This document shows positions 27,126 to 41,250 of a stretch of DNA of 64,000 bases, in pieces. This stretch comes from the human T2T-CHM13v2.0 reference genome, Homo sapiens: assembly GCF_009914755.1 (NCBI RefSeq), contig NC_060930.1. The stretch is one strand, 5' to 3'. A program made the position numbers and the translations under genes. Below the pieces are notes generated by a model. That model was not told the origin of the DNA. It saw only the letters and a list, made by a program, of their open reading frames with translations, and ran no database searches. The first letter of the stretch is position 1. Each line of letters starts with the position of its first letter.

Positions 27126-30100
27126 TTTTCCTCTTCTGTGCCTCTCACAGGACACCCACATGACTAGGAGGAGGCAGAAAGTGAATAGGGAGCTCTTATT
27201 ACTTTTTGAGTGTCAGCAAGGTAAACCTGCTTTCATTTGCTTTTCCAAATCCTAAACGTTTCCCTCTTAAACTGTTGATATTGTTAGCATTGTTCGTTTC
27301 TCAGTGTGTGTCCATCTGCCTTGTCTGTAAAATGGGCATAATAAGAGCTCACCTTTCAGAAAGCAGTGGGTAGGGCTAGATGGTATAATTATGTTCCCTT
27401 TCATCAGTTTTCCCTATCTCTACTAAGCACCAGGTGCTATTGGAAAAATTACCTTTTTATCAGATTTTTAAAATACAGTTGCCTGAGCACATATTTAATT
27501 TTAGAAGAAATAGTTTAATAGTTCTAAATGTGGGGTTTCAGAGAGCCCTATGTCAAGAGCCGCTGTACACTAGGTTGCTAGGAGACTGGACAGCCAAAGA
27601 AACAATGCCCTTTCCTGTGACCACTATCAAGAACTGCTCAGGATTCCTGCCAGCCTGTTAGCCTTTATCGTTCAGTCATTTTAGACCTCAAAAAGAACAT
27701 TCCATCAAGGGATCAGGTTCTATCATCTCACTGGAATGCAATGTAAGACCCCAGAAACTCTAGTACAAACAAATTTACTATGGCTCAGATTAATAATAGA
27801 TAGCACTTGAATGTGTGCCCCAGTTGTGCTCCCTCTCTGCTAAGGATAGGACAAATGAAAATAAATTGCAAATTCAGCAGGGAGATTCAGACCAAACATA
27901 AGGAAGAACTTCTGCCATTAAGGACATAGAAGTTGTGAAGTTTGCCCCTTGGGAAGAGTTGTTTAGATTAGCCTGAAAGAGCGTATTTGAAGGATGAAGA
28001 TGCAGCCCTCACTGGCAATGGAGGACAAGGTGATATGATTTCCTAGGTTTTCTTCAAGACCCAAGATTCTCCTAGTTGTGGAAAAGTGACTCTGTGCATT
28101 ACTCACCACTATTAAGATTGTTATTCATGATCAGGCCTGAGTGAAAGCCCGGCTACTCTTACATAACAAAGGCAGATTCTCAGTGTTGGAAGATAACTGA
28201 GGAGCCATTCATTTCATCCCTCTTCTTTCACCAGTGAAAAATCGGAGACACAAAGCATTCATTGCCACATGGCCAGCAGAAGAGCTGGGCCTAGGACCAG
28301 GACCCCTCAGGCTCTCTGTGCTGTGTGCTGTACTACACCATATTTTCACTAATAATATAGGTCTATTTAAAACATAGCTTCATCTCTGGACCACTGCAGA
28401 TTTTACATTCTAAAAATGCTTTTATAAGAATTCTGTTTATGACATGAGCAGCACTGAAGCAGAAATCTGAGGAACTCTGGGGATTGGTGTGGCTAAAGAT
28501 CACAATTTACAAGAATAGTTTAGGCAAAGCACAAAAGAGGAAATGTTATTTATATGAGCTCATTTCTACTCACCAAAACATTTAAAAATTAAACTCAAGA
28601 CCCAACAACTTTTTCCTTTTCTTAGCCCAACATGAGAGGCTTACACATGTACCCCTTTTCCCCAAACTTGTGAACTTGTCTGATATGTAGTCTCAAGTTT
28701 ATAAGCTTCCCTTAGAAAAAGTTCTATTTCATTTCTACAAATCATACTTCTCTCATTTTATAATCCTTGAAATGGATAGTGCTGCCTCATCTTAGATGAG
28801 GCATTCAACAGTTTTAATTTCTAAGTTATAAATTATTATTTCTTCTTCTTTTTTAAACGTCTTAGAGACAAATCTGTCTATTTCACATAGGAAGCCAGTT
28901 GAGTTGTTCCTCACGCTTTCCCCACGAAGCTGCATCTGAAGGACTTCCTCACCCCCCCGCTGTGATCACAAGTTATGCCTCACAGATTCATTTCCTTATG
29001 AATGACTTCAGGAAGCCAGCATTTTTAATAAATAGGAAGTAAATTATATTTAATGACTAAATTCTCACCTAAAGTTGATACTAATATTACAATAACTCTC
29101 TTGTGCCCTATTTTGGTGTTTTAAACTTCTTTGCTGTACATTTAAGAAAATCAGAATTTCAGTAGACTCCTCGTGCAGTCTGAGGAGGCAGTTTCCTATC
29201 TGGTTTGACTTAAGGGGCTGCAGAAGACATTCTTATCCCACATATTTCTTCTGCTGATCAGTCAGCAACTGAAATTCCAACTAATGGATTCCATTCTTCC
29301 AGTTAAGACATCATCTCCAGAAAACTGTGCTAGTTGGCATCCAGCAGTGCCCAAGTATTATTTAACCCACTAGAACCTGTGACTGCATCAGCTTTATATC
29401 CTGGACCTCAGCCTGGAACAAAGGAGAGCTACACTTGGATACTAAACACAAGTGGTCTGGATAGATTATGCTGGGAAAAGAAGCCTGGAGCAGGCAGTAC
29501 AGTGGGAGAACAAGGTAAGAATCAGGTAAAAGTTGCTATCACTGAATCACAGCTTTCTCTTTACTTGTTTTGGGGGACTGTATTTATATTACTTGTCTCT
29601 CAAGCATCCTTAATATATTTATTTACTTTCTCAAAAGTCTTTACTGTCATTAATCTATTTGGATTTTCAAACTGAGTCAGAAGCATACATTATGATATCA
29701 TTAACTTGAGGATATGCTGGAACCAAAATGTCCTTCTAGAATAAATGTGTATTGGAGTAAGTAAAAAACTTAAGGGGAAAAACAGGAGAGCTACTACTCA
29801 ACTTTTATGGTGGTTTACATGTGTTAGGTGAGGCAAAAAAGAGGTAGAACATAAAAGAAAAGGAAATTTAGGTCATTTTTTAGGCTAAGAAAAATCAAGT
29901 TGGGGGAATTCAAGGACTGGAAACACCAGTACAAAGCTAAAGATACACTTTAATTCCAGAGATGGTGTCTTAGAAAATATAGTAGTCATTATAGAGACAG
30001 GCTGTTGAGTGATGACAATGCTAGGGCCATAGGAATGTTCCTGAAGAAATCAACATCCTTTATCTTACTATCGTTGGAGAGGTAGACTCTGATTGTATGG

Positions 30101-31450
30101 CACTTTTTTTTGATACTACTAGAAAATTATGCAAGACATCTCACAGAACAGAATCAGACTTGCAGCCCATGATAAAACAGAAGACTGTCTGTAACATCAA
30201 AGAAATACAGAAGATTTTATGGCTTGCTGTTTGTTTACCTATAAGGGAAATGCCCGAATGCCTAAAGTATATATTACATGTAGTTTGGCTGCACTTGAGG
30301 AAAAACTTGGATTTCTAACTTTTATCAAACAAAGAACGCATTGTCCCTGGTCCATATTGATTGGTGAAACACAGAAATTTTCCATTTATTATTCACTTTA
30401 TTATTGCATTTATTTATTTTTGCCTACCATTTCTTTTTAAATTTCATTACACCTGTTTTCATGCATGCAGTGAAATCACTCCTTATACTTGGGGGAAAAT
30501 GACAAGAAACGACAGCCACGGAATCTTCCTCTGGATATGAGAACAAAAATAGCTGTCAGAATAAATAGTGGCCACACCCATGTCACTTCTTCATGAGGTG
30601 ACTTGGTGACTTCACAAGATAGGCCCCACCCCACCCATATGAAATGAGCACCATCTGGGCTGACCTCCTCTTTCGGGGTCTGTAATTACTGTACAAAGAT
30701 GCAGGTGCGTCTATGAAAGCGAACTTTGTCGAGATCTCAGTGACACACTCTGCTTTTCCAAATTGCCTCAATTGGCAGTGAATATTAGAAAGAGTCATGG
30801 AATGTCTCTGGAAAGATACATAGGAGAACTAGTGACATTGGATCCTTGTGGGTAGGGAGACACTGTGTAAGTGCATCAAAGAGGCTGACTTTTCACTGTG
30901 CACACTCCTTCAGACCACTGGAAATTCGGAATTGTATACGGTGTGCATGTATTACCTCCTTAAAACTAGCTAGCTACCTATCTACCTACCTACCTACCCA
31001 CCCACCTACCTTCCTACCTGGCTAATTCATTAGCTAAGTAAATTAATAAGGTGTTAAAAAAAAAGAAAAGCCAAATAACTGGAAACACTGAGATCTTCCT
31101 CTGTTGCTATTTAGCTAACTGTTCAATTTAACTCTTAAATAAGTTATTTCCTCCGAGTTTTTTTTTCTTTTCTTCCACAGAAACTCTGCACCTAAGCAAC
31201 ACTGGTTTCCTTGTTCTTCCCCAAACATGCCAGGCACATCCCAGCCTCAGCTTCTTTGCAAAAACAATTTCCAATGCCTGGAAAAATCTTGTTTTTGTTA
31301 TCTCCATGGCTCGCATTTTGCTTAGTTTAAGTCTTGACTCAAATATCACTTTCTCAATAAGGCCTACCTTGACTGTCCTATTTAAAATTGCAAACTTAAC
31401 ACCCCAGAATTCCTCATATCCATTTTATCTTTCATAGTAATGATCTTCTT

Positions 31451-31747
31451 CTTTTTTTTTTTTTTTTTGAGATGGAGTTTTGCTCTTGTCGCCCAGTCTG
31501 GAGTGCAATGGCATGATCTTGGTTCACCGCAATCTCTGCCCCCAGGTTCAAGGGATTCTCCTGCCTCAGCCACCTGAGTAGTTGGGATTACAGGCATGTG
31601 CCACCATGCCTGGGTAATTTTGTATTTTTAGGTGAGATGGGGTTTCTCCATGTTGGTCAGGCTGGTCTCAAACTCCTGACCTCAGGTGATCCACCCGCCT
31701 CGGCCTCCCAAAGTGCTGGGATTACAGGCAAGCCACTGCACCCAGCC
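31451..31747 (-). mobile_element. Alu SINE (AluSp-like) inserted in an L2 3' fragment (about 31170-31950)
   Basis: Reverse Alu; TSD (g/a)taatgatcttctt at 31437-31450 and 31748-31761. Confidence 0.97.
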
Positions 31748-32107
31748 ATAATGATCTTCTTTTTAAAGTACTATATAAGCATCTTAGTACTTAACATCTT
31801 TATTGTCTATATCAAACTCTAAAACCAAGCTCCATGAAGGCAAGGATTTGTCTTCAAATCTTTTGCTCTCTGTTACTTCCCCCAGCATCTAAGTACTGCT
31901 TAGCACTTACAGCTTTTCAAGAAATAATTGCTGAGTAAATAAAAGAACTAATGAGTTTTGCTTTCTAAATTTTTTATTCTTGATTGAATATTATTAAATG
32001 ATTTGAGACTGACACATCTAGTTTTTAATTTGATGATTATTGTTAAGTTTTACAAAAACAGACTTCAATGTATATTTTGAAAATGAATTCAAGAATAGCA
32101 TTTTCTA

Positions 32108-33068
32108 CAAATGGCCAAGAGACATATGAAAAGATGTTCAACATCACTAGTCATCAGAGAAATGCAAATGAAAACCACAATGAATCTCACACCCATTAGA
32201 ATGGCTGTTATCCAAAAAGCAAAAGATAAAAAGTGTTGGCGAGGATCTGGAGAGAAGAGAACTCTTGTACACTGTTAGGGGGCATGTAAATGGGTGCAGC
32301 TGCTTCGGCCGCTATGCAAAACAGCATGGAGGCTCCTCAATAAATTAAAAATAGAACTATCATATGATTCAGCAATCCCACTTCTGTTATTGATCCAAAA
32401 GAATTGAAAGCAAGATCTCTAAAAGGTAATTGAACTCTCACGTTCACTGTGGCATTATTCACAATAGCCAAGACATGTAATCAATCTAAATGTCCATCGA
32501 CTGATGAATGGATAAAGAAATGTGATATATATATACAATGGAATATTATTTAACCTTAGAAAAGAAGTAATACTGCCTTTGGTGACAACATGGATGAACC
32601 TGGAAGACATCATGCTAGTGAAACAAGCCAGGCACAGAAAGACAAATATTGTATGATTTAAGTTATATGTGGAATCTAAAATAGTCAAACTCATAGTAAT
32701 AGAGAATAGAATGATGGTTACCGGGAGTTGGAGGGGGTGGTGAGAGAAATGGGAAGTTATTGCTCCAAGTGCACAAAGTTTCTGTTATATACAATGAACA
32801 AGCCCTGGAGATCTACTGTATAGTGTAGTGTCTATAGTTACAAGTACTGTATTATATACTTAAAAATTTGGTAAGAGGATAGATCTTATGTTAAGTGTTC
32901 TTATCACAAATAATAAAGAGGGTGAGAGAAAACTTTCGGAGACAATGGATAAGTTTATTGCATAGATTGTGGTGATGATTTCACAGATGTGTACTTATCT
33001 CCAAACTAAAGTTGTATACATTCAATATGTGCTGTTATTTTTTGTCAGTTATACCTTTAAAAAGTGGG
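32108..33068 (+). mobile_element. L1 3' end (L1MA10/L1MB1-like), 5' truncated
   Basis: ORF2 C-terminal motifs (gaaatgcaaatgaaaaccacaatg, tggatgaacctggaagacatcatgct) and L1MA/MB 3'UTR. Confidence 0.92.
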
Positions 33069-34048
33069 GTTTTTAAGTGACCTTCTCTAGTTGTGAAGTA
33101 CACCTTCTTCCACTTGACAACTTGTCTGCCAAGCCCATATCCTAATCTTTGTTAACAGATCCTTTACATCTAGATTATTGTTATTAAGATATCATTTTCT
33201 GTTGATCAATTTTTTACTTTGGAGGATATCTTTAAGATAATCATTCTCTTTTGAGCAAATGTATCATCATTGTTTGAATGTATCCCTGTTTACAAGCTTT
33301 CAACACTCATCACCTGAAACAGGTTTCATTTCATCAACTAGAGTAGTCAACTAGAGACTTCAAACAGGAGGAGACTTAAACATAGGGAATTAGGCACCAA
33401 AAAAGTCCATTTGAGGAGTGAGGGCCAGACAAAGCCACTGTAACCTTTGAGGAATTCAGGAAGTTGCAAGAATCATAAGAAACTACCCTATGACTCTTGA
33501 TCTCAGCCACAGCTGTGGCACTGGGGCAGGTTTTCAGCAAATTTCCCAGAAGCTGCTGTAAAATCCCGTATCTGTTGTCTGTTCCATTCCCCACATTGCC
33601 CACTACTGCTAAAAAGGAAATGACAGCTTCTGCTTCTCCCCTTTCTGTAGAATTCATCTTTCCCAACGTGCTCTAAATTATAAACGAGCAAAGGATTTCC
33701 ATTTTCAAACCCCACAGGTTCCTCCATGTACAGATTTCCATAAGCCTCAAACCTGAAAGAAATAGAAAGCAAATTGAATTCCTCCTCAAAAGTCTACCAG
33801 TTTGTTTTGGTGGTCACTGCTACTAAGTTCTACTGATGTGCACATTCTGTAGGTAAACCCCAGAGATGAGCACATCATGTTCATGTCTCTCTTCCTTGAT
33901 GACCATGGCATGCTCATCCAGATTGTCTATTTCTACTCCCAACACAGTAAATATCATGGGAGGCAATCCTTAAGTTACAGAACATAATTCACATAATATT
34001 CCTGTACCATAGGTTAAGAAAATGAGCACATATTGTTCTTTTAATTTA

Positions 34049-34386
<338 letters not shown>

Positions 34387-34500
34387 CCATTATATTTCTT
34401 ATAAGTCCCCTCTCTACCTCAGTTGCCTTGTCTATAAGAGGAGGATACAGTAATACTTATTTCATAAGATTATTGTGAGAATTACATGGAACTTCATCTG

Positions 34501-34587
34501 CCTATCTATCTACCTAGCTATGTATGTATGTATGTATGATGTATGTATGTATGTATGTATGTATCTATCTATCTATCTATCTATCTA
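34501..34587. repeat. Compound tetranucleotide STR (TATG)n(TATC)n within a MIR
   Basis: Direct reading; MIR core (cctcagttgccttgtctataagaggaggatacagtaatac) upstream and MIR tail downstream. Confidence 0.9.
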
Positions 34588-34714
34588 GAGTTTGGAAGAG
34601 TGCCTGGACCATTGCAAATGCATAGTACAAGATAGCTACTATTATTACTATTGCCGTTGTCATCATAATCATCCCTCTTTTCTGTAAAAAGTAATGGGTT
34701 TATATGTCAGATAA

Positions 34715-35186
34715 ATATGTTGAACTTAATTCTCTTTATGTGTCCCTGAACCTATCTAAGCCTTTTCCATGGTCTCTTCATGTGAAAAGTGTGGTTCTTC
34801 CCTGCTTAAATATGAACTTGGCCATGTGACATGTTTTGATCAATAGCATATGAGCAGAAGTGACAATATGCCAGTTCTAAGCCTAGGCCTTAAAAGCTCT
34901 GTAAGTGTATTTCCACTTGCACCTTTGCATTTGTGTCACTGACATGAGAAGATTCCTTTTAGGTCGCTCCTGCCCCTTCAGCCTGAGCCCCAGAATGAAT
35001 ACACATAGGCTAGAGATGCATTGGTCAATTCACAGAATCACAGTGAGAAAAAAAAGCCACCAGCCAAGTCCAACCTAGATCATCTGAACCCCATCCTTCC
35101 CACATAGGTGTAAGCAATAAGTAATTGCTGTTTAAAGCCCCCTGTGCTTTGGGGTGGTTTGTTATGCAGCAGTGGTGAACTAATAC
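34715..35186 (+). mobile_element. MLT1 (H/I-like) LTR
   Basis: ggccatgtgacatgttttgatcaatag...gagcagaagtgac and 3' end ggtggtttgttatgcagcagtggtgaactaataca. Confidence 0.8.
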
Positions 35187-36302
35187 ACTTAATTTCAGAT
35201 GCATCTACCAGTGACTGAGTCAAATGATGACACCTGCTCTTCAGCCAAGTCATATTGCATGTTTTGCCCAAATGCTGGCCATGACTCTTTGTGAACATTG
35301 CACAGAGTAGTGCTGCAAGAACTTGAGTGGGTTTGGGGAGAGGCAAGGATCGGTGCCAGTTTCTGCCTTCTGTGTTTTTGCCGCCTTCAACAGTCTGCCA
35401 GCTGGTGCAGCTGCACCTTTTGGACAAATGATATGCTATCCTGGGCATTAGCCTAAATGGTACCACACATGCAAAGAGCCACAGCTGCTATTTGTTGTGC
35501 TTCTTGCTATTCTTGGCTCTGTTGCATTGCCTAAGGGTGGCATAGATTTCTACACATGAAGCGTGGCTTTCCAAGATTCACAGATAGAACTTTGATCAAT
35601 ACAGCTACTAATGATGATGACTGTGCATGGGAAAATAGGGTAGAATCATTTCTAAATAGCCTAAGATTGTTTTGGAGTAAGAAGAATGTAAATTAATTAA
35701 TCCTATAAACATGCATGCTATAGCATTGTATGGTTTGTCCTTCCAGGAAAAAGCTAAAACCTCACCTATATTGTTAATATATATATATTTTTTACATTAT
35801 TTAAATGAGTGAATTTTTGCTTCCTTTGTTGGTTTTGCATAAAGATATTCATATTAGCATAATGTAGATAAATCTCATGAGTTAATTATTCACTAAATCA
35901 AATTTAAAATTAGTTTCCATTTCTAAGTCAAAGGTTGAGTTGTTCCACATGTGTTGTGTGGAATAATTGAAAATCATTATTAATTAGTACATGCTGCTGG
36001 TGACTGAGATCCCTCTCAAAAATTTCTGAGCTTGGTTTGAAACCTAAAAATAAGAAAATAAGAATAAACATAAGTTCAATCTACAATCCATAGAAACGAC
36101 ATTGTATTTCTAGTCCTTTTAAAACTTAACCAAAAGTCTTTATTGATTCACCACATTTGCCAGTACAATGCAGATGGGAAAATGAATAAAGGAAGAAAAA
36201 AATTTTATATATGGCCCAGCTACAGGGCCATACTTTAAGAGAATGGAACATAACCCTGCTTCAGAGCACTTTTAATGAAAATACAGACAAATAAATATAT
36301 AG

Positions 36303-36460
36303 TGTAGTTGTTCTCGACCCTGGTTGCAAATTAAGTACATGGAGAGCTTTCCAAAATTATAGATGCTGAGCTCTACCCAAGATTTCTAATTTAGTTGGTC
36401 CTGTGTGGGACCAAGGAATTGGTACTTTATGGAAGCTCCCAAGGGATTCCAATGTGTGGA
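36303..36460. mobile_element. MER5-type MITE within an L2 fragment
   Basis: gttctcgaccctggttgcaaatta...aagctcccaagggattccaatgtg. Confidence 0.7.
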
Positions 36461-36822
36461 GTTAGATACAGTAGTATTAAGATATTTTGAAGTCATCATA
36501 ATTCCAAGAGGATGCTAACATGGTTACAATGACTACTTTCAGATTTCTTCAGAGGGGGTTCATAGAGGAATTGACTTAAAAGTAGAGCCTTAAAGGAAAG
36601 AAGCTACATCATGGAATGACGTGGAAAAGTATTTTTCTTTTTAAATCAGTTACATAATTTGGGTTTTCTCAAGTTTTGCCATTTTAATCAGCAGAACTTA
36701 GATTAATTAATTTGTGAGATGCTTATCTTTGCCTATTAATTTCCTCTATTGATATTTTTACTTGCTATCAATTGCGATTGCTTTTTCATATCTGTCTTCT
36801 TTTGTAAAGTGATGACTTTAGT

Positions 36823-37025
36823 CAGAAGTGTGCTGGAGCAGTTTGCAGAGCCTTGCAAAATTGATGGTGCCTATCTATTTCCAGCTCTATGTTCATCAAT
36901 GCCAGATCGGCAGACTGAAATCAGCCGTGATAAAAATGTTTACACTATGGAAATTGGCAAATACTAAAAATCATCAGATACTCTCTCACCCCAGACATGA
37001 TCAATCATTCAATAGTACACAACTG
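36823..37025. mobile_element. MER63A hAT-Blackjack MITE
   Basis: cagaagtgtgctggagc...tgaaatcagccgtg...tttacactatggaaattggcaaatac...acacaactg matches recalled MER63A; degenerate 8-bp TSD actttagt/atttcagt. Confidence 0.75.
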
Positions 37026-38489
37026 ATTTCAGTGGAAGAGAGTTATGGTACATAAATGATTTTTAGTTCTTCATGTTAGATGTCTTAAAATTATAAGTCT
37101 CAACTTTCAAGTACCTATTAATCTCAAAAAAATTAAACCTATATTTTACAAGAAAGCCTCTTCTGTATTTTTTATTATATTTCCTTTTGAATCCCCCGCC
37201 CCATTTCACTCTTACCACCTAAAACAGAAACTCCCACATCTTCTATGCTCAGAGGAGATTTACTTGTGTTAGCTTAAGAATCATTTCATGTTTTCTCATG
37301 CCTGCCTTCATACCACCCCATACCACAGTTTTCAGGTTTTAATTTAAGCTCCACAGCAGCCCTTTTCTGTTCGATGAGAAAAGATAACCAAGAAAATAAA
37401 TTAGGAGTCTTATGATTGACCCTAGTTTTTTTGTTATTCAAGGAAACCCAAAATGAAGCAAAATAACAAAAAATTGCCAAGGAAAACATTTTCAGCCATT
37501 TCAATTACTGTTTTAATTGGCTGGGTCTGGCTTCCAGATTATCCTGTAATCTCTACAAGAATGTTATTTGGAAAAAGCTGAAATATGCCCTGCATGGAAG
37601 CCACATCCATCCCTTCAGCACATTCTAGTTGGAATAACCTTCTCTCAGAATACTGGAATCATATTGGAGTAAAATTGGAAGTTCCTGGAAAAATTTAATC
37701 CATAGATTATATAAAAGCTGAATTCACTATCAGCATATTATTGAATGTACACTAAAAAATGTAGTGTGCCTGAATCCAAGATAAAGAAAAGTAATGATAT
37801 TGTGATGTTTGTATAACAAATACCTTTAGACAATGTGCAGGCTTGTGCATGCCCACTTGTATGTGCCCATTTATGTGTGCACAACTGGGCATGTGCTTTG
37901 ACTGTGTGTGTCTGTGTGTGTATTAAATAACAGGACAATAGAATGAAGAGAATGTTTGAAATTATTTGAATGGTTTCATAAAAACTTCTTGGGATGTGGA
38001 ATGTGTTTTACTAAGATTACACCAAGAAATGGCACTGGCTGCTTATCAGACTTGTGGGTTCAAAGAAAGGAAATCTTTTTTGTTTGTTTTAATTAAATGG
38101 GTCCTGAAAACATTGGTATTAAAAATAGATGATTACACCCTCAGATTGCCATTTTGATGTGTTCTCATACAAGTGGGATGAAGAGCTACTGTGCACATTA
38201 GTTTAAAAAGACTATTTGTAGTCAGGTTCTATACATGGACTCTAGAAAATGCACAAAAAATATATATGTGACTCTGGCAACCAGTTGGTTTTTTTACCCT
38301 AGACTGGTCTCCTTTTTGAATTTGGATTGTTTGGCACAATATTGAAATTATGAATTTTAAACTGACATCAAATCCTGCTGCATCTGTTTCTTATGTTGGG
38401 ACAGGACCACTGTGAAGGAGCACACCGTTAAATATCCATGAGAATGTGTCCCAAGGCTGAGCTCTACAGCACACATCATCTGCCCTCTA

Positions 38490-38648
38490 GAGCCCCAGCT
38501 TTGCAGAGGTTGAGCCCTAGAACAGCAGCAGCAGCACTCTCTGAGAGCCTGCTAAAAAGGCAGAATCTCAGGCCCCATTCAGACCACCTGGATCAAAATC
38601 TGCAATGTAACAAAATCTCCTGATATGATAATATTGGAGAAGCACAGG
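38490..38648. mobile_element. MER5A MITE
   Basis: cagcagcagcagca...gcagaatctcaggcccca...aaatctgcaatgtaacaaaatctcc...gagaagcac. Confidence 0.75.
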
Positions 38649-38994
38649 CCTAAATTATTTTGACTATTTGTTTAGAAGTGAAAGCAAATACGTGTATCTA
38701 CTCAGTGTCAATATCAAGAATCTTATAGAAACTATAGTATTTGCTGGAGTATTTATCATTAGCTTTAAGTATAAGATACTCTGTGGTGTTTCAGCAATTA
38801 GTAAAAACACCATCCACCCATTTTTTCAAAAGTTGTATTGCCAAGATTATTAAACCTGTTGTATGCACTAAAAGATTGCAACGACTATGTGGTTGTAGTC
38901 AGAAGTTGTGTTGTGGCTGCTCAGAGTAATTACTTCTCTGAGAATTTATTCTGTGGTGTCACAAAGCGGTGTGGAAAAGTTTGTTAATACTTAC

Positions 38995-39060
38995 CACGGT
39001 TCAATCACTGGAACTGGTTCCAGTGCGCATATATACTCTGATCAGCTTTTACACAGGAGT
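38995..39060 (-). ncRNA. Candidate non-coding exon, 66 nt
   Basis: Minus strand ttttttctctgccacag| ... GTG|gtaagt, both near consensus; stops in all three frames. Confidence 0.5.
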
Positions 39061-40861
39061 CTGTGGCAGAGAAAAAAGTAGCTAGCAAGGTCCAGTCTGC
39101 ATGACTTAAACCATAATGGTGCTAATTCACTAAAAATTCACAAATCTGATTAATCTTTAGATCTGAAGTTACTGAAAGAGAGGATGGGGATAGAAGGAGA
39201 GAGAGAAAGAAAGAAAGTGAGTTGGGGGGGAGAGAGAGAGAGAAATTGGGGGAGGAAGAGAGAGGGAGAGAAAGAAGAAAAATCCACTACCTAAGAATGA
39301 TAATGATGATGATGATATGAAGATGAACGTGATTTCAAAACCCTCCCCTGTTTCCAATTCTTCAAACAGTTGTTCCTACTTATTGGACTTCATTACAGCC
39401 AATTGCAGTCTGAATAGAAATAAACACAAAACTATATACCAAAACTATTCTGAGTGTCTGAAAAAAATGAGACTGATCAGTTAAATCAAGAATTCTCAAA
39501 GTCTGAGAGTTCTGTAATCCTTCTGTTTCCATATTAAAACACTTTCCTCCTAAGATCCATGACACAAGGAAAGCTACAGCCAAATGCAAATCTTCATTCC
39601 TACATAGTGCTCTCCTGAGTCCTTGCCTTCTTCCTTATCTTGGTGAACCTTCAGAACACCCTGGAAGGAAATGGAAACCACCATGTTATCTCCCAGTTCT
39701 TCTCACTTCCTCCCCAAAAAGATCAGCCTGGAGTCAGTTCCCAACTTTCTCACTTCTGGTTCCTCTGAGCTCTCCAGACCCAAGGAGTTCTTCTTAAACA
39801 ATTTGCCAACACCCAACTCCATCCTCAAAGAGAGGAAGACCCTCCAAAAGGCCCAGGAACCTGAGCAATGCAGCAGTTAGAACACAGGGCTCCAGCAACA
39901 GAGAGATCAGGGTTTGTGTCCCAGCTTAGTAGCTTGGTGGCTTTGGACAAGAATGTTCTTCTAAGTTTTTTTCCTCTATTAAAAAACCCCATCTATTTCA
40001 GAAAATCTTGTGAATACTAAACGAAAGATCGTACAGTTCAAGTTCTTAGGAAATGTGTATAATAAATGGTAACTCCTCTTTTTCCCACACTACCTCCAAG
40101 TTTCTTTTCTCTCTCCCCTTTCTCTCCTTCAGTCTTTTCCTTCTCTCTCTTTACCTACACTAATTTCCCTCTTCTACCATCACCACTGTTTATGCTCAAG
40201 CCCAAAATGCCCACAAGCAAAATATCACAAGCCAAAATAATGTTTCAACAAAAAAGAGTCACAGATCCCCAAAGATCATGTGTCCACAGGGACCATCAGC
40301 TATTTCTTACATTTCTGGTTAATGATCCGTTTACTTCTATAAACTATAGTTTTCTCAATTTCCCATGAGCATTTGTGATGCTCAGGCTTAATAGGATCTG
40401 GCTGAATGAACACCACACAGAGTGAATACTTCAACTTCCCTCAATCTTTGCAGTTTCCAATGAAATTGTATGGCATTATCAGACTTGAGTGTAATTCTGT
40501 TATCTCTCCTGTATCTCTTGACTTCTTCATCCCACACAGAGACTTCCCTGTAAAGATTGAGTGGAGTGTGGAATGAGACTGAGACATTCACAACAATGCC
40601 TGAACCTCTTAGCAACCAGAATTCCAATCGCAAACTGAACATGACAATCCTTTAAAAGTCCACATGCTTTTTCGCACGTTGTTGTCCCCTTTTAGAGTAG
40701 CGCTTTTCAACTTCCTGTCCTGGCATCGAGTTGTTTAAATCAATGACCATAAAGTGTATTGGTTCTAATAATTCTTAGAGTACTGAGTTGTGAATGAGTT
40801 AGTTTTTATAATATCAATTAAAATGATTTAAAGTTTATTCTAGTGGTAGTATTTCTCTCAG

Positions 40862-41222
40862 TGCTGTGGTCTGAATGTGTCCTTCCAAAATTCATATGCT
40901 AAAATCTAACCTCCAAGGTGAGTGTCGTAAAAGGTGGGACCTTTGGAATGTGATTAGGTTATGAGGGCAGAGCTCTCATGGGTGAGAATATTGTTGCCAT
41001 TATAAAAGAGGCCTGGGGGAGCTTGTTCACCTTTCCCACAATGTAAAGATGCAGTTAGAGAGTGCATCTTTGAAACAGAGAGGAAGCCCTCATCAGACAC
41101 TGAATCTGTGGTGCGTTGATCATGGACTTCCCAGCCTCCAAAACTGTGAGCAGTAAATTCTCTTGTGTATAAATTACCCAGTCTAAGGTATTTTGTTATA
41201 GCAGCACAAATGGACTAAGACT
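40862..41222 (+). mobile_element. MLT1A/MST-type solo LTR
   Basis: tgctgtggtctgaatgtgtcc...tataaaagagg...tggactaagac. Confidence 0.92.
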
Positions 41223-41250
41223 GTCGCTTGCATTCTCTTGTGCTTTGCAG

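Noticed and set aside
36749-36967. 72-aa ORF with an acceptor-like tract (MTLVRSVLEQFAEPCKIDGAY...) that looks like a coding exon
   Set aside because: Sequence matches the MER63A DNA transposon; no good donor (ATTG|gcaaat)
38741-38929. Cys-rich plus-strand ORF (…CGCSQKLCCGCSE)
   Set aside because: Cys content follows from TG-rich/RUNX-like words; weak splice sites and no recognisable family
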